Part shown: positions 28,525 to 39,271 of the stretch, in pieces
Layout: each line of letters starts with the position of its first letter
How positions within the stretch are numbered: the stretch's first letter is position 1
The notes under the pieces: model-generated
What the model was told of the DNA's origin: nothing
Database searches by the model: none
What the model saw: only the letters and a program-made list of their open reading frames with translations
Assembly (NCBI GenBank): GCA_016716265.1
Contig: JADJWQ010000006.1
Location: forward strand, 2,595,166-2,659,165
Length of the DNA: 64,000 bases
Source of the DNA: Planctomycetota bacterium
GTDB taxonomy: Bacteria > Planctomycetota > UBA1135 > UBA2386
Reading direction: 5' to 3'
Program-made: the position numbers and the translations under genes

Positions 28525-30285
28525 ATGTCGCTACGGCTCCTCTGGGCGATCCCGACCCTCGGAACGCTCGCGCTCGCGCAATCGCGCGGCTGGGACCTCC
28601 CGCCGCACGGCGCGGCACTGTTCGACCAGACCCGCCGCCTCGAGGTGCGCCCGCCCGAACCCGGCGTCGCCGGGCTGCCGGTGCTCGACCAGGCCGGCAT
28701 CCTGTTCGCGGACGACCTCGATCGCCGCGGTGAGCGCATCGACGCGGTGCCGCTGTCGCTGGTCGAGCTGGTGCCGTTCCTCGCGCTCGACCTGTCGAGC
28801 GCGCGCGGGGCCCGGGCCGTCAAGCTCGATCTGCCGGCGCTCGCACCCGCGGGGCTGCTGCGGCTCGACGGCGACTGGAGCCGTCCCGACGAGCGCGGGG
28901 TGCAGACGTTCGACGGCCGCCTGACGTCGGTCGACCGCGTGCGCGGCGGCCGCTTCGAACTGGACCCGCGGAGCGCGCCGTGGCACCGCTGCACACTCCG
29001 CGCGCAGCTCGGGATCGAGCGCCTGATCGAGGCGTCGACGGGGCGCGTGGCGCGCTTCTCGCTGACGCTGCGGGGTGAGCTGGGTCGCAGCGACGACCGC
29101 GCCGCACCGACCCAGGAGCTGCTGCTCGAGGAGACCTGGACGTTCCGCGAGCTGACGTCCGCCGACGGCGCGTTCAAGGAGCGGGTCGCCAAGGCGATCG
29201 TCGCCGGCCGCGAGCGCTTGCTCAGGGGCCTCGACGAGCACCTCGGCGGGTTGCAGCCGATGGACTGGGAGAAGGGCGGAGGGGTCGACCACATCGGTGG
29301 CGAGCTCGCACTCGTTCTGCTGACGCTCGTCAAGGCCGGGCTGCCGTGCGACGACGAGCTGCTGCAGCGCGGCTTCCGCGAGCTGCGCGCGCGGGAGCAT
29401 CGCGACTCGTACACGCTCGGCGTCGCGCTGATGGCGCTCGAGGCGCTGTACGCGGATCCCAACGAGCGGGACCACCTCGCCAGCGGATTGCTCGATCGGC
29501 CGCAGCCGCGCGACGTCCCCGCAGAGGACCGCGCGCTGATGACCGAGTGGGCACAGCGGCTACTCGGCAATCGGGACTCGAGCGTCGACCCGGCCTACCT
29601 CAGCCGCTGGACCTATACGGGCGGGCCGTACTACGACAACTCCAACACCCAGTACGCGCTGCTCGGCCTGTACTCGGCATCGCTGTGCGGCGTCGAGATC
29701 ACGCCGACCGTCTGGTGGGCCGCGGGCAAGCACTTCGTCACCGCGCAGTGCCCGCTCGAGGCGCCGGCGCGGCTGTCGCTGCTCACGCACCGGCAGGTCG
29801 ACCGGCTCGCCGCCGGGGACCGTCCCACGTCCACCGGTCTGCGCATCGAGCCGGCCGGCTGGTCGTACCGCGGGCCCGACGAACCACCCTACGCGAGCAT
29901 GACCGCGGGCGGCGTCTCGAGCCTCACGATCTGCCTCGCCGCCCTGCGCGGGATGAACGCGCGCGGCGAGGGCATCCGCGACATGGAGATCGCCCGGCAG
30001 CGCGGCCTCGCGTGGCTCGCGGTGCATCACACCGTGCGGCGCAACGAGGGCCACCCGGACCCCGACGCCTGGCACTTCTACCACCTCTACGGTCTCGAAC
30101 GGGCGTGTGAACTCGGGCAGATCGCCCGCCTCGACGAGCACGACTGGTACTTCGAGGGGGCGACGCTCCTGTGCGAGCACCAGAATCCGGACGGCTCGTT
30201 CCGCTTCGCGAGACTCGAAGACGACTGCTTCGCGATCCTGTTCCTCAAGAAGGCTTCGCTGCCCGTCTACACGGGCGGGCGTTGA
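28525..30285 (+). CDS. secreted prenyltransferase/squalene-cyclase-like (terpenoid cyclase fold) repeat protein
   Basis: Signal peptide MSLRLLWAIPTLGTLALAQS. Repeated alpha/alpha-toroid-like motifs (GGW..., YTLGVALMALEAL, QYALLGLYSASLCG, FYHLYGLERA). Confidence 0.65.
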   Translation: MSLRLLWAIPTLGTLALAQSRGWDLPPHGAALFDQTRRLEVRPPEPGVAGLPVLDQAGILFADDLDRRGERIDAVPLSLVELVPFLALDLSSARGARAVKLDLPALAPAGLLRLDGDWSRPDERGVQTFDGRLTSVDRVRGGRFELDPRSAPWHRCTLRAQLGIERLIEASTGRVARFSLTLRGELGRSDDRAAPTQELLLEETWTFRELTSADGAFKERVAKAIVAGRERLLRGLDEHLGGLQPMDWEKGGGVDHIGGELALVLLTLVKAGLPCDDELLQRGFRELRAREHRDSYTLGVALMALEALYADPNERDHLASGLLDRPQPRDVPAEDRALMTEWAQRLLGNRDSSVDPAYLSRWTYTGGPYYDNSNTQYALLGLYSASLCGVEITPTVWWAAGKHFVTAQCPLEAPARLSLLTHRQVDRLAAGDRPTSTGLRIEPAGWSYRGPDEPPYASMTAGGVSSLTICLAALRGMNARGEGIRDMEIARQRGLAWLAVHHTVRRNEGHPDPDAWHFYHLYGLERACELGQIARLDEHDWYFEGATLLCEHQNPDGSFRFARLEDDCFAILFLKKASLPVYTGGR

Positions 30286-30433
30286 GCCCGATCGCGCGCG
30301 CCGCCCCCTCGGCACCGACGGCTCCGGCGAATCCGGCTGCGGCCGGGGGACCGCGTGCACCTATGCTCTCGGAGGCTGCCCCCGTGAATGCCACGGGCCC
30401 TGGCCGTTAGCGGACCCGCACCAGGAGACCCTC

Positions 30434-31066
30434 ATGGACACGTTGTTCTTCTACGCAGCCGTCATCGGTGGAACGCTCCTGGGGATCCAGACGCTGCTCG
30501 CGCTGTTCGGGATCGGCGTCGACGCGGACGTCGGCGCAGACCATGGCTTCGGCGGGCACGGCGATCCCGGTGGCCATGCCGGCGCCGGAGCGAACGCCGA
30601 CTTCGGCGACGGTGGCGCTCACACGGACGCCAGCGCACACGGTCACAGCGACGCGAGCCTGCTCAAGAAGCTGTCGGTACAGACGATCACGGCCTTCACG
30701 ACGTTCTTCGGCCTGACCGGTCTCGCGCTACGGCATTCCGACATCGGCATCGCCACGAGCTCGGTGCTGGCGCTCGGCGCGGGACTCTCCGCGATCTGGA
30801 TCGTCGGCCTGCTGATGGGCTCGCTCGCGCGGCTGCAGTCGAGCGGCAACCTGAAGCTCGAGAACGCCGTGGGCAGCCCGGCACGCGTGCATGTGCGGGT
30901 ACCGGCCAACGGCGGTGGCACCGGCCTCGTGCACCTGACGCTGCAGGGCCGCCGGGTCGAACGCAAGGCGCGCACCGACGGTCCGGAGCTCCCGACCGGC
31001 AGCAGCGTGTTGATCGCCAACCTCGACGCCGACGGCGTGTTCCACGTCACGGCGTCGACCGAGTGA
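30434..31066 (+). CDS. NfeD-like membrane protein (flotillin-associated, OB-fold C-terminus)
   Basis: N-terminal TM helices, Gly/His/Asp-rich linker and C-terminal beta-rich domain. Sits immediately upstream of the flotillin gene, the conserved nfeD-flotillin arrangement. Confidence 0.6.
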   Translation: MDTLFFYAAVIGGTLLGIQTLLALFGIGVDADVGADHGFGGHGDPGGHAGAGANADFGDGGAHTDASAHGHSDASLLKKLSVQTITAFTTFFGLTGLALRHSDIGIATSSVLALGAGLSAIWIVGLLMGSLARLQSSGNLKLENAVGSPARVHVRVPANGGGTGLVHLTLQGRRVERKARTDGPELPTGSSVLIANLDADGVFHVTASTE

Positions 31067-31142
31067 ACACCGGACCCCCCGCGGCGCGCGGGACCCCGTA
31101 CCTCGTCCATCTTCCGCAATCCCCTGGAGAGAGCCAAGCCTC

Positions 31143-32858
31143 ATGCCCGGAGCAGCCAGCCTGTCCCTGGCGACGTCGTGGATCGCAGCGCCGATCCTCG
31201 CCGCCGACACGGATCCGTTCGTGACGCTGATCATCGTCGCCGCGGTCGCGACGTTGTTCGGCTTCTTCGCATTGATCGTCAAGCGCTACAAGCGCTGCCC
31301 GTCGAACCGGATCCTCGTGATCTACGGCAAGGTGCAGGAGGGGCGCTCCGCGCGGTGTCTGCACGGTGGCGGTGCGTTCGTCTGGCCGCTGATCCAGGAC
31401 TACGAGTTCCTGTCGCTGGATCCGATGCAGATCGAGATTCCGCTGCGCGGCGCGCTGTCGATGGAGAACATCCGCGTCAACGTGCCGAGCGTGTTCACGG
31501 TCGCCATCGGCACCGAGCAGAGCGTCATGCAGAGCGCGGCAGAACGCCTGCTCGGGCTCGCCGCGAAGGACATCATGAAGCAGGCCGAGGACATCATCTT
31601 CGGCCAGCTCCGCCAGGTGATCGCCTCGATGGCGATCGAGGACATCAATCGCGACCGCGAGAAGTTCCTCGAGAGCATCCACTCCTCGCTCGCACCGGAG
31701 CTCGAGAAGATCGGCCTGATCCTGCTGAACGTCAACATCACCGACATCACGGACGAGTCGGGCTACATCGAGGCGATCGGCCGCAAGGCCGCCTCCGAGG
31801 CGATCCAGCAGGCCGAGATCGACGTCGCCGAGCAGACCAAGCGCGGTGCGATCGGCGTCGCCGAGGCCAATCGCGAGCAGATGGTGCAGGTCGCGCTGGC
31901 TGAGAAGCTGCGGTCGATCGGCATCAAGGAGGCGGAGCGCGACAAGCTCGTTCGACTCGCCGATCTGGACCGCGACACGCAGGTCGGCCAGCGCACGGCG
32001 GAGCTGCAGAAGGACGCGCAGATCGCCGACGCCGATCGCCACAAGCGCGTGCAGGTCGCCGAAGCCAATGCGTCCGCGGTCACCGGCGAGAACGAGGCGA
32101 AGAAGCAGATCGCCGACACCAACGCGGCGCTGCGCGTGCGCGAAGCCGAGGCGTTCCAGCTCGCCGAGACCAAGGCGCGCGAGGCGGACGCGGCGGTGCG
32201 CCGCGCCCAGTACGTCGCCGAGGCGAAGGCCGCCGAGGCGCTCGCCGGGAAGATCGAGGCCGAGAAGCGCGCCGAGCTCGAGGCGGTCGCCCGCGCCGAG
32301 AAGGCCAAGCTGATCGTCGACGCCGAGGCTGCCGCCGAGCGCGTGCGCATCGACGCGCTGGCGCGAGCCGCCGCGACGTTCGCTCAGCTCGAGGCCGAAG
32401 CGCGCGGTGAATTCGAGCGCCTCGCAAAGAAGGCCGAGGGTCTGCAGCGGATCGTCGAGGGCTGCGGCGGCGCACCCGAGGCGTTCCAGATGCTGATGCT
32501 CGAGCAGCTCCCGCGCCTCGCCGAGACCGCGGCGACCGCGATCTCCAACATCCGCTTCGACAAGGTCGTCGTCTGGGACGGCGGCATGGGCGGTACGGGC
32601 GGCAAGGGTGGCGCGGCCGGCTTCCTGCAGAGCCTCGCCGGCTCGCTGCCGCCGATGCTGCAGATGATGAAGGACGTCGGCGGCGTCGAGATGCCCGAGT
32701 TCCTCGGCAGGCTGGTCAGCACCGAGGCGTCCCCGCCCGACCAGGACGGCGACACCCCGAAGACCGGCGATGGCGGCTCCGCCAAGGCGACCCCCGACCC
32801 GAAGCGCACCCCGAAGCGCAAGCCCGATTCGCGCACGCCGGACGCCGGCGCGAGCTGA
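31143..32858 (+). CDS. flotillin-like SPFH/band-7 domain protein
   Basis: N-terminal TM (FVTLIIVAAVATLFGFFALIV), SPFH domain, and a long coiled-coil region with EA/AEA repeats (KAREADAAVRRAQYVAEAKAAEALAGKIEAEKRAELEA). 571 aa. Confidence 0.85.
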   Translation: MPGAASLSLATSWIAAPILAADTDPFVTLIIVAAVATLFGFFALIVKRYKRCPSNRILVIYGKVQEGRSARCLHGGGAFVWPLIQDYEFLSLDPMQIEIPLRGALSMENIRVNVPSVFTVAIGTEQSVMQSAAERLLGLAAKDIMKQAEDIIFGQLRQVIASMAIEDINRDREKFLESIHSSLAPELEKIGLILLNVNITDITDESGYIEAIGRKAASEAIQQAEIDVAEQTKRGAIGVAEANREQMVQVALAEKLRSIGIKEAERDKLVRLADLDRDTQVGQRTAELQKDAQIADADRHKRVQVAEANASAVTGENEAKKQIADTNAALRVREAEAFQLAETKAREADAAVRRAQYVAEAKAAEALAGKIEAEKRAELEAVARAEKAKLIVDAEAAAERVRIDALARAAATFAQLEAEARGEFERLAKKAEGLQRIVEGCGGAPEAFQMLMLEQLPRLAETAATAISNIRFDKVVVWDGGMGGTGGKGGAAGFLQSLAGSLPPMLQMMKDVGGVEMPEFLGRLVSTEASPPDQDGDTPKTGDGGSAKATPDPKRTPKRKPDSRTPDAGAS

Positions 32859-32894
32859 GCCGTCCCGACCCTCGAGTGAGTGCGAGCTCCGGCG

Positions 32895-33353
32895 ATGACC
32901 GACACCGACCCAGGCACACTGCACGGAATCCTGCACGGCTCGTGTGCGTGCGGTGCATCGCGCTTCGAGTGCGACGCGCCGCCGCGCTTCGTCTGCCATT
33001 GCCATTGCGGCAACTGCCGCAAGGCACACGGTGCCGCGTTCGTCACGTGGGCCGGCTTCCGCGACGAGCAGTTCCGGTGGACGAGCGAGTCGGCGCAGCT
33101 CGGCCGCTGGCTGACGGACACCGGCGCCACGCGGACGTTCTGCACGGTGTGCGGCACGACGATGCTCTATGCGTCACCCCGCTGGCCCGGCGAGGTGCAC
33201 GTCGCCGTCGCCGTGCTCGACGACGCCGAGGACCTGGTGCCGAAGCTGCACGTCTACGCCGATCGCGCGCCGCGCTGGTGTCCGATCACCGACGCACTCC
33301 CGCGCTACGGCGGCCCGACCGGCACCGAGCCACTCGTTCCGCCCTCTGCGTAG
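32895..33353 (+). CDS. GFA (glutathione-dependent formaldehyde-activating / CENP-V) family protein
   Basis: Cys-rich zinc-site pattern CACGASRFEC ... CHCHCGNCRKAHGAAF ... CTVCG. About 150 aa. Confidence 0.7.
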   Translation: MTDTDPGTLHGILHGSCACGASRFECDAPPRFVCHCHCGNCRKAHGAAFVTWAGFRDEQFRWTSESAQLGRWLTDTGATRTFCTVCGTTMLYASPRWPGEVHVAVAVLDDAEDLVPKLHVYADRAPRWCPITDALPRYGGPTGTEPLVPPSA

Positions 33354-33385
33354 CGCCACGCGCCGGCCGCCGCGACACTGGGCGC

Positions 33386-35962
33386 GTGCGACCCGCTCCG
33401 AATTACCGGCGATCGCTGCTCGCCGCCGCCACGCTGCTCGCGCTCCCCGCCACGGCCCAGGCCCCGCTCGCGTGGCGGACGCTGCCCCCGCTTCCCGATC
33501 CGGTCGGTGTGGCAGGCGCGTTCGCCGGCGTCTCGGACGGCGCACTACTGGTCGCCGGCGGCGCCAACTTCCCGGGCGCGGCGCCGTGGGACGGTGGCCC
33601 GAAGATCTGGCACGATCGGGTCTGGATGCTGGCGGCACCCGACGACACCTGGCGGGAGGTCGGCAGGCTACCCGCGCCGCGCGCCTACGGCGCTTCGTTC
33701 GACACGCCGCAGGGCGTGCTGTGCGCCGGCGGCAGCGATGCGGGGTCGCATTCCACCGACTGCATGCTGCTGCGCGCGCGCGGCGGCGGCCTCGAGATCA
33801 CGCCCGCGGCACCGCTGCCGTTCCCGCTCGCGAACGCCGCGGGCGCCGTCGTCGGGAGCACCGCCTACGTCGTCGGTGGTAGCCGCGCGCCGACCGCGAC
33901 CACCGCGGCGGCGGAGCTGCTCGCGATCGACCTCGACCGGCTGGAGGCGGGGTGGCGGCAGCTCGAGCCGTTGCCGGGCGAAGGCCGCATCCTGCCGGTG
34001 GCCGCGGCGCAGGGCGGCACCTTGCTGGTGCTGTCGGGCGCTGCATTGAGCGCCGGTCCGGACGGCACACCGCAGCGCCGCTATCTGACCGAGGCCTGGA
34101 GCTACACGCCGGGTCGCGGCTGGCGGCGCCTTGCCGACCTGCCGCGCGCCGCGGTCGCGGCACCATCGCCCGGTCCGATCGTCGGCGCGAGCCACGTGCT
34201 CGTGCTCGGCGGCGACGACGGGAGCCGCGCAGGACAGCCGGCCGGCCCGGCGCACCCGGGCTTCCGCCGCGACGTGATCGCCTACCACACGATCACCGAC
34301 ACCTGGACGTCGCTCGCGACGATCCCTGCCCCGCTCGACGCAGCCGTCACCGCGCCGGTCGCGCGTTGGAACGACCGGTTCGTGATCGCCAGTGGCGAGA
34401 TCCGCCCGGGTGTGCGCACGCCGCAGGTCGCCACCGTCACCATCGAGAGCTCGCGCGCGTCGTTCGCGTGGCTCGACTGGCTGGTGGTCGTCGTCTACCT
34501 CGGCGGCATGGTCTGGATCGGCGTGTGGTTCATGCGCCGCGACGCCGCGGCGTCCACGGACGCCTGGTTCCGCGGCGGCCAGCGCGTTCCCGCCTGGGTC
34601 GCCGGATTGTCGATCTTCGCGACCATGCTCAGCGCGCTGACCTTCATGGGCATCCCGGCGCGCGCCTACCAGACCGATTGCTCGTGGTACCTCGGACAGC
34701 TGCCGCTGCTCGTCATCGTGCCACTCGTGGTGTTCTGCTACCTGCCGTTCTTCCGTCGCCTCGACGTGACATCGGCGTACGAGTACCTCGAGCGCCGCTT
34801 CGGGCTCGCCTGCAGGCTGTTCGCCTCGCTGTCGTTCATGCTGTTCCACATCGGCCGAATCGCGCTGGTGCTGTACCTGCCGGCGCTCGCCCTCGCGGCC
34901 GTGTCCGACATCGACGTCACCACATCGATCCTCGTCATCGGTGTTCTGTGCCTCGTCTACACTGTGCTCGGTGGCATCCAGGCCGTGATGTGGGCCGACG
35001 CAGTGCAGGCCGCCGTGCTGCTGCTCGGCGCCGGGCTGTGCGTCGTGCTCGCCGTCACCCGCGTCGACGGGGGGCTCGGCGGCGTCGTCGACATCGCGCT
35101 GCGCGACGACAAGCTGCTGCAGGGCGTCGATTGGACCTCGCTCGACATCCGCGACGGCACGGCGTCGGGGCTCGTGATCTTCGTCGCGTTCGGCTTCAAC
35201 TCGCTGGTCTCGTACACATCGAGCCAGGACGTCGTACAGCGCTACGTGACGACGCGAGATCTCCCCGCCGCACGGCGCTCGCTGTGGATCAACATGTGGA
35301 TGTCCCTGGCCGGCTCCGCGTTGTTCTTCGTGCTCGGCGTCGCGATCTACGCGTTCTACAAGATGCAGCCAGCCGAGCTCGACCCGGCGCTCACGGCGAC
35401 CGACTCGATCCTGCCGCACTTCATCGTCGCCGAGCTGCCGACCGGCATCGCCGGCCTCGTCATCGCGGCGATCTTCGCGGCATCGCAGTCGACGATCTCA
35501 TCGTCGCTCAACAGCATCGCGACGGCGTTCGTGACCGACATCGACAAGCGACTGTTGCGGCCGGCACGCGACGACCGCGCCTACCTGCGCAGCGCACAGG
35601 TCGTCGCGGTGGTCGTCGGGCTCGCTGCGATCGGCGTCGCGCTGTGGATGGCGACGGCGCGGATCGAGTCGGCGTTCAAGACGTTCAACACGCTGATCGG
35701 CCTGACCGCCGGCTCGCTCGGCGGTCTGTTCGCGCTCGGCGTGTTCACGCGCCGGGCCAACGCCTCCGGCGCATTGGCCGGTGCGCTGCTCGGGCTCGCG
35801 GTCGTCGTCGCGCTGGAGCTGTCGAACGCCGCGGTCACCGGGATCCTCTACGCGTTCGTCGGGCTCTCGACCTGCGTCGGTGCGGGGCTGCTCCTCAGCT
35901 TCGTGCTTCCCGGACGCGCCGATGCGAGCCTGTCGCTGCGCACCCGCGTCACGCGCCGCTGA
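33386..35962 (+). CDS. fusion protein: N-terminal Kelch/NanM-like beta-propeller (sialic acid mutarotase-like) + C-terminal sodium:solute symporter (SSS family) transporter
   Basis: GTG start at 33386 precedes signal peptide [18 protein letters not shown]. Six Kelch-like repeats ([52 protein letters not shown]). Then 13 TM helices with SSS features ([32 protein letters not shown]). 858 aa. The start codon is uncertain. Confidence 0.75.
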   Translation: MRPAPNYRRSLLAAATLLALPATAQAPLAWRTLPPLPDPVGVAGAFAGVSDGALLVAGGANFPGAAPWDGGPKIWHDRVWMLAAPDDTWREVGRLPAPRAYGASFDTPQGVLCAGGSDAGSHSTDCMLLRARGGGLEITPAAPLPFPLANAAGAVVGSTAYVVGGSRAPTATTAAAELLAIDLDRLEAGWRQLEPLPGEGRILPVAAAQGGTLLVLSGAALSAGPDGTPQRRYLTEAWSYTPGRGWRRLADLPRAAVAAPSPGPIVGASHVLVLGGDDGSRAGQPAGPAHPGFRRDVIAYHTITDTWTSLATIPAPLDAAVTAPVARWNDRFVIASGEIRPGVRTPQVATVTIESSRASFAWLDWLVVVVYLGGMVWIGVWFMRRDAAASTDAWFRGGQRVPAWVAGLSIFATMLSALTFMGIPARAYQTDCSWYLGQLPLLVIVPLVVFCYLPFFRRLDVTSAYEYLERRFGLACRLFASLSFMLFHIGRIALVLYLPALALAAVSDIDVTTSILVIGVLCLVYTVLGGIQAVMWADAVQAAVLLLGAGLCVVLAVTRVDGGLGGVVDIALRDDKLLQGVDWTSLDIRDGTASGLVIFVAFGFNSLVSYTSSQDVVQRYVTTRDLPAARRSLWINMWMSLAGSALFFVLGVAIYAFYKMQPAELDPALTATDSILPHFIVAELPTGIAGLVIAAIFAASQSTISSSLNSIATAFVTDIDKRLLRPARDDRAYLRSAQVVAVVVGLAAIGVALWMATARIESAFKTFNTLIGLTAGSLGGLFALGVFTRRANASGALAGALLGLAVVVALELSNAAVTGILYAFVGLSTCVGAGLLLSFVLPGRADASLSLRTRVTRR

Positions 35963-37559
35963 AGAAGTCGTTGCCCTTGTCGTCGACGACCAGGAACGCC
36001 GGGAAGTCCTCGACGTCGATCCGCCAGATCGCCTCCATCCCGAGCTCCGGGAACTCGACGACCTCGACCTTCTTGATGTTCTCCTGCGCGAGGATCGCCG
36101 CCGGACCACCGATCGAACCGAGGTAGAAGCCCCCGTGCTTCCTGCACGCGTCGGTGACCGCCTGCGAGCGATTGCCCTTCGCGAGCATCACGAAGCTGCC
36201 GCCGTGCTGCATGAACAGATCGACGTAGCTGTCCATGCGGCCGGCGGTCGTCGGCCCGAACGAGCCGGACGCGTAGCCGGCGGGCGTCTTCGCGGGTCCG
36301 GCGTAGTAGACGATGCTCTGCTTGAAGTAGTCGGGCAGCCCGCGCCCGGCGTCGATGCGCTCCTTCAGCTTCGCGTGCGCGATGTCGCGCGCGACGATCA
36401 ACGACCCGCTCAGCGAGAAGCGCGTCTTGATCGGGTACTTGGACAGCTCGGCACGGATCTCCTCCATCGGCCGCCGCAGGTCGAGTCGGACGACCTCGCC
36501 GCCGAGCTCCGCCTCGTCGATGTCCGGCAGGTATTGCGCCGGCTGCGTCTCGAGCTGCTCCAGAAACACGCCGTCGCGGGTGATCTTCGCCAGGATCTGC
36601 CGGTCTGCCGAGCACGACACGCCCATGCCGATCGGACAGGACGCGCCGTGGCGCGGTAGCCGCACGACGCGCACGTCGTGGCAGAAGTACTTGCCACCGA
36701 ACTGCGCCCCGATACCGAGCCGCTGCGTCATCTGGAGGACCTGCTTCTCGAGACCGGTGTCGCGGAACGCGCGGCCCAGCTCGTTACCGGTCGTCGGCAG
36801 CCCGTCCAGGTAGCGGGCACTGGCGAGCTTCACGGTCTTCAGCGTCGCTTCCGCCGACGTGCCGCCGATCACGATCGCGAGGTGGTAGGGCGGGCACGCC
36901 GCGGTGCCGAGCGAGCGCACCTTCTCCTCCAGGAAGGCCAGCAGCGAGCGTTCGTTGAGCACCGCGCGCGTCTGCTGGAACAGGAAGGTCTTGTTCGCGG
37001 AGCCGCCACCCTTCGTCATGAACAGGAAGCGGTACTCGCTGCCCTTCGTCGCGTACAGCTCGACCTGTGCCGGCAGGTTGGTGCCGGTGTTCTTCTCGTC
37101 GTAGGTCGTCAGCGCCGCCATCTGCGAATAGCGCAGATTGGTGCCGACGTAGGTGTCGAACACACCGCGCGACAGCGCCGCCTCGTCGTCGCCGTTCACC
37201 AGCACACGGTCGCCACGCTTGCCGATCACGATCGCGGTGCCGGTGTCCTGGCACGACGGCAGCACCATGGCAGCGGAGACGTTCGCGTTCTTCAGCATCT
37301 GCAATGCGACGAAGCGGTCGTTCGCCGATGCCTCCGGATCCTCGAGGATCGCACGGAGCTGCGCGAGGTGACCGGGCCGGAACAGGTGCGAGACGTCGCG
37401 GATCGCCTCGCTCGCGAGACGGGTCAGCACGGCCGGCTCGACCTCGAGGAACTCGACCCCCCCGTGCGTCGCGATGCGCACGCCGTCGGCCCCGAGGCTT
37501 CGATACGGCGTCGCGTCCGGCGCGGACTCGAACAGCGTCTGGTGCTGGAACGCGGTCAT
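35949..37559 (-). CDS. fumarate hydratase class I (Fe-S dependent)
   Basis: Start [11 protein letters not shown]. Conserved class I fumarase blocks ([13 protein letters not shown]; KGGGSANKT; [12 protein letters not shown]; TGDARD-like C-terminal domain with [17 protein letters not shown]). 536 aa. Confidence 0.9.
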   Translation of the reverse strand: MTAFQHQTLFESAPDATPYRSLGADGVRIATHGGVEFLEVEPAVLTRLASEAIRDVSHLFRPGHLAQLRAILEDPEASANDRFVALQMLKNANVSAAMVLPSCQDTGTAIVIGKRGDRVLVNGDDEAALSRGVFDTYVGTNLRYSQMAALTTYDEKNTGTNLPAQVELYATKGSEYRFLFMTKGGGSANKTFLFQQTRAVLNERSLLAFLEEKVRSLGTAACPPYHLAIVIGGTSAEATLKTVKLASARYLDGLPTTGNELGRAFRDTGLEKQVLQMTQRLGIGAQFGGKYFCHDVRVVRLPRHGASCPIGMGVSCSADRQILAKITRDGVFLEQLETQPAQYLPDIDEAELGGEVVRLDLRRPMEEIRAELSKYPIKTRFSLSGSLIVARDIAHAKLKERIDAGRGLPDYFKQSIVYYAGPAKTPAGYASGSFGPTTAGRMDSYVDLFMQHGGSFVMLAKGNRSQAVTDACRKHGGFYLGSIGGPAAILAQENIKKVEVVEFPELGMEAIWRIDVEDFPAFLVVDDKGNDFFSGA

Positions 37560-37718
37560 GCGCGCACCGTACGCACGGCACCGCAGCGAAGCGAGCGCGG
37601 CGATTCCCGGGGTGCCACCGGCCTCGCCCTCACGAGCGGGGCGCCGCGCAGCTCCCGTCGTGGTCGGGATCCCGGAGCCGCCGCCGGCCTGCATGGCGGG
37701 CCGAGACCGCCCGGCGCG

Positions 37719-39206
37719 TCACTCCGGCTCCGACGCCAGTGCCCGGATCCGCTCCCAGGTGGCACGGACGTGACGCTCTTCCGTCGCCGCTGCGCCGATC
37801 GCCATGCGCAGCACGAAGCGCGGCGAGCCGGCGGGATCCGGCAGCGTCGTGTGGCTCAGGTAGGCGTGACCGGAGGCATTGAGACACTCGAGCAGCTCGC
37901 GGTTGCGGTCGTCGTCGCCGCGCAGCCGGAAACAGACCAGCGACAGCGTCGTCGGGGCCGCGATCTCGAAGCGCGCGTCGGCACGCACCAGCGACTCGAA
38001 CAGCCGCGCCAGCTCGACGTGGTGGCGGATGTGGGCACGGAGGCCATCCAGCCCGAAGTGGCGTAGGACGAGCCAGAGCTTCAGCGCGCGGAAGCGACGG
38101 CCGAGCGGAATCTGCCAGTCGCGGTAGTCGATGACGTCGCCGCTCTCGGTAGCACGATTGCGGAGGTACTCGGGCGTGACGCTCAGCGCGTCGACCAGGC
38201 TCGCCCGGTCCCGCGTCCAGAACGAGCTGCAGTCGAAGTTCGTCAGCAACCACTTGTGCGGATTGAAGCAGACCGAGTCTGCGTGCTCGACGCCGGTGAG
38301 CAGGTGCCGGTGCTCCGGGCAGATGCACGCCGCGCCCGCGAACGCGGCGTCGACGTGCAGCCAGCCACCCTGGCCGAAGAACGGCGTTCCGGACAGCGCT
38401 TCGGCGACCGGGCCGAGCGGGTCCATCGCGGTCGACGACGTCGTGCCGACCGTCGCACACACGAAGAACGGCGTGCGTCCCGCCGCCACGTCTGCGCGAA
38501 CGGCTGCGGCGAGCGCGGCAGGATCCATAGCCAACCTGGCATCGACGCCGACGAACCGGACGGTCTGCATGCCGTCCTCGTTGCAGCCGCCGGCGTCAGT
38601 GCACAAACCCGCGATCATCGCTGCCTTGACGATCGACGAGTGGCCCTGCGTCGATGTGTAGGCGACCAGCGCACGCGGGTCGCCTCCGGCAGCGCGCTGC
38701 AGGACCCGCCGGCGCGCCGCAACCATCGCGACCAGCGTCGACTCGCTCGCCGTGCCCTGGATGCAGCCACCGCCGGCCGACCCGCGGAACGTCGCCGGCA
38801 GCCCGATCGCCTCACCGAGCCAATCGAGCACGCGCGTCTCCAGCTCGGTCGCGGCCGGGCTCGTCGCCCACAGCATGCCTTGGATGCCGAGTCCGGCCGA
38901 GAGGAGCTCGCCGACGATCGCAGGCCCCGACGCGCTGCACGGGAAGTAGGCGTAGAAGTTCGGCGATTGCCAGTGGGTGACGCCCGGCAGGATCAGCCGG
39001 TCGAGATCGGCGAACACGGCGTCCCAGCTCTCGGCGCGATCGCCCGACGCAGCGAGCCCGCGCTCCGGCGCATGCTCGGGCAGCGCGCGCAGCAGCTCGC
39101 CGGGCGCCTGCTGCGACCGCACCGGGAACGACTCGACGCGCGCGAGATAGTCCGCGACCCAATCCACGGCGCGGTGGCCGAGGGCACGGAAGGTCTCGGG
39201 GTCCAT
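37719..39206 (-). CDS. pyridoxal-phosphate-dependent aromatic-L-amino-acid decarboxylase family (group II decarboxylase)
   Basis: NPHKW PLP-lysine motif (SVCFNPHKWLLTNFDCS). N-terminal METEFR-like stretch (MDPETFRALGHRAVDWVADYL). Conserved block HWQSPNFYAYFPCSAS. About 495 aa. Confidence 0.85.
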   Translation of the reverse strand: MDPETFRALGHRAVDWVADYLARVESFPVRSQQAPGELLRALPEHAPERGLAASGDRAESWDAVFADLDRLILPGVTHWQSPNFYAYFPCSASGPAIVGELLSAGLGIQGMLWATSPAATELETRVLDWLGEAIGLPATFRGSAGGGCIQGTASESTLVAMVAARRRVLQRAAGGDPRALVAYTSTQGHSSIVKAAMIAGLCTDAGGCNEDGMQTVRFVGVDARLAMDPAALAAAVRADVAAGRTPFFVCATVGTTSSTAMDPLGPVAEALSGTPFFGQGGWLHVDAAFAGAACICPEHRHLLTGVEHADSVCFNPHKWLLTNFDCSSFWTRDRASLVDALSVTPEYLRNRATESGDVIDYRDWQIPLGRRFRALKLWLVLRHFGLDGLRAHIRHHVELARLFESLVRADARFEIAAPTTLSLVCFRLRGDDDRNRELLECLNASGHAYLSHTTLPDPAGSPRFVLRMAIGAAATEERHVRATWERIRALASEPE

Positions 39207-39271
39207 GCGGCCGGGCGGCGGGCTCATGCCCCGTGAGTGTACCGACGGGGCCGGACGCTACGCTGCCCGAC

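Noticed and set aside
39233-39271. Upstream ATG at 39233 as the start of the frameshifted secreted-protein gene
   Set aside because: The internal ATG at 39272 directly precedes the twin-Arg/hydrophobic signal region. The extra 13 residues add nothing recognisable. Either start could be correct.
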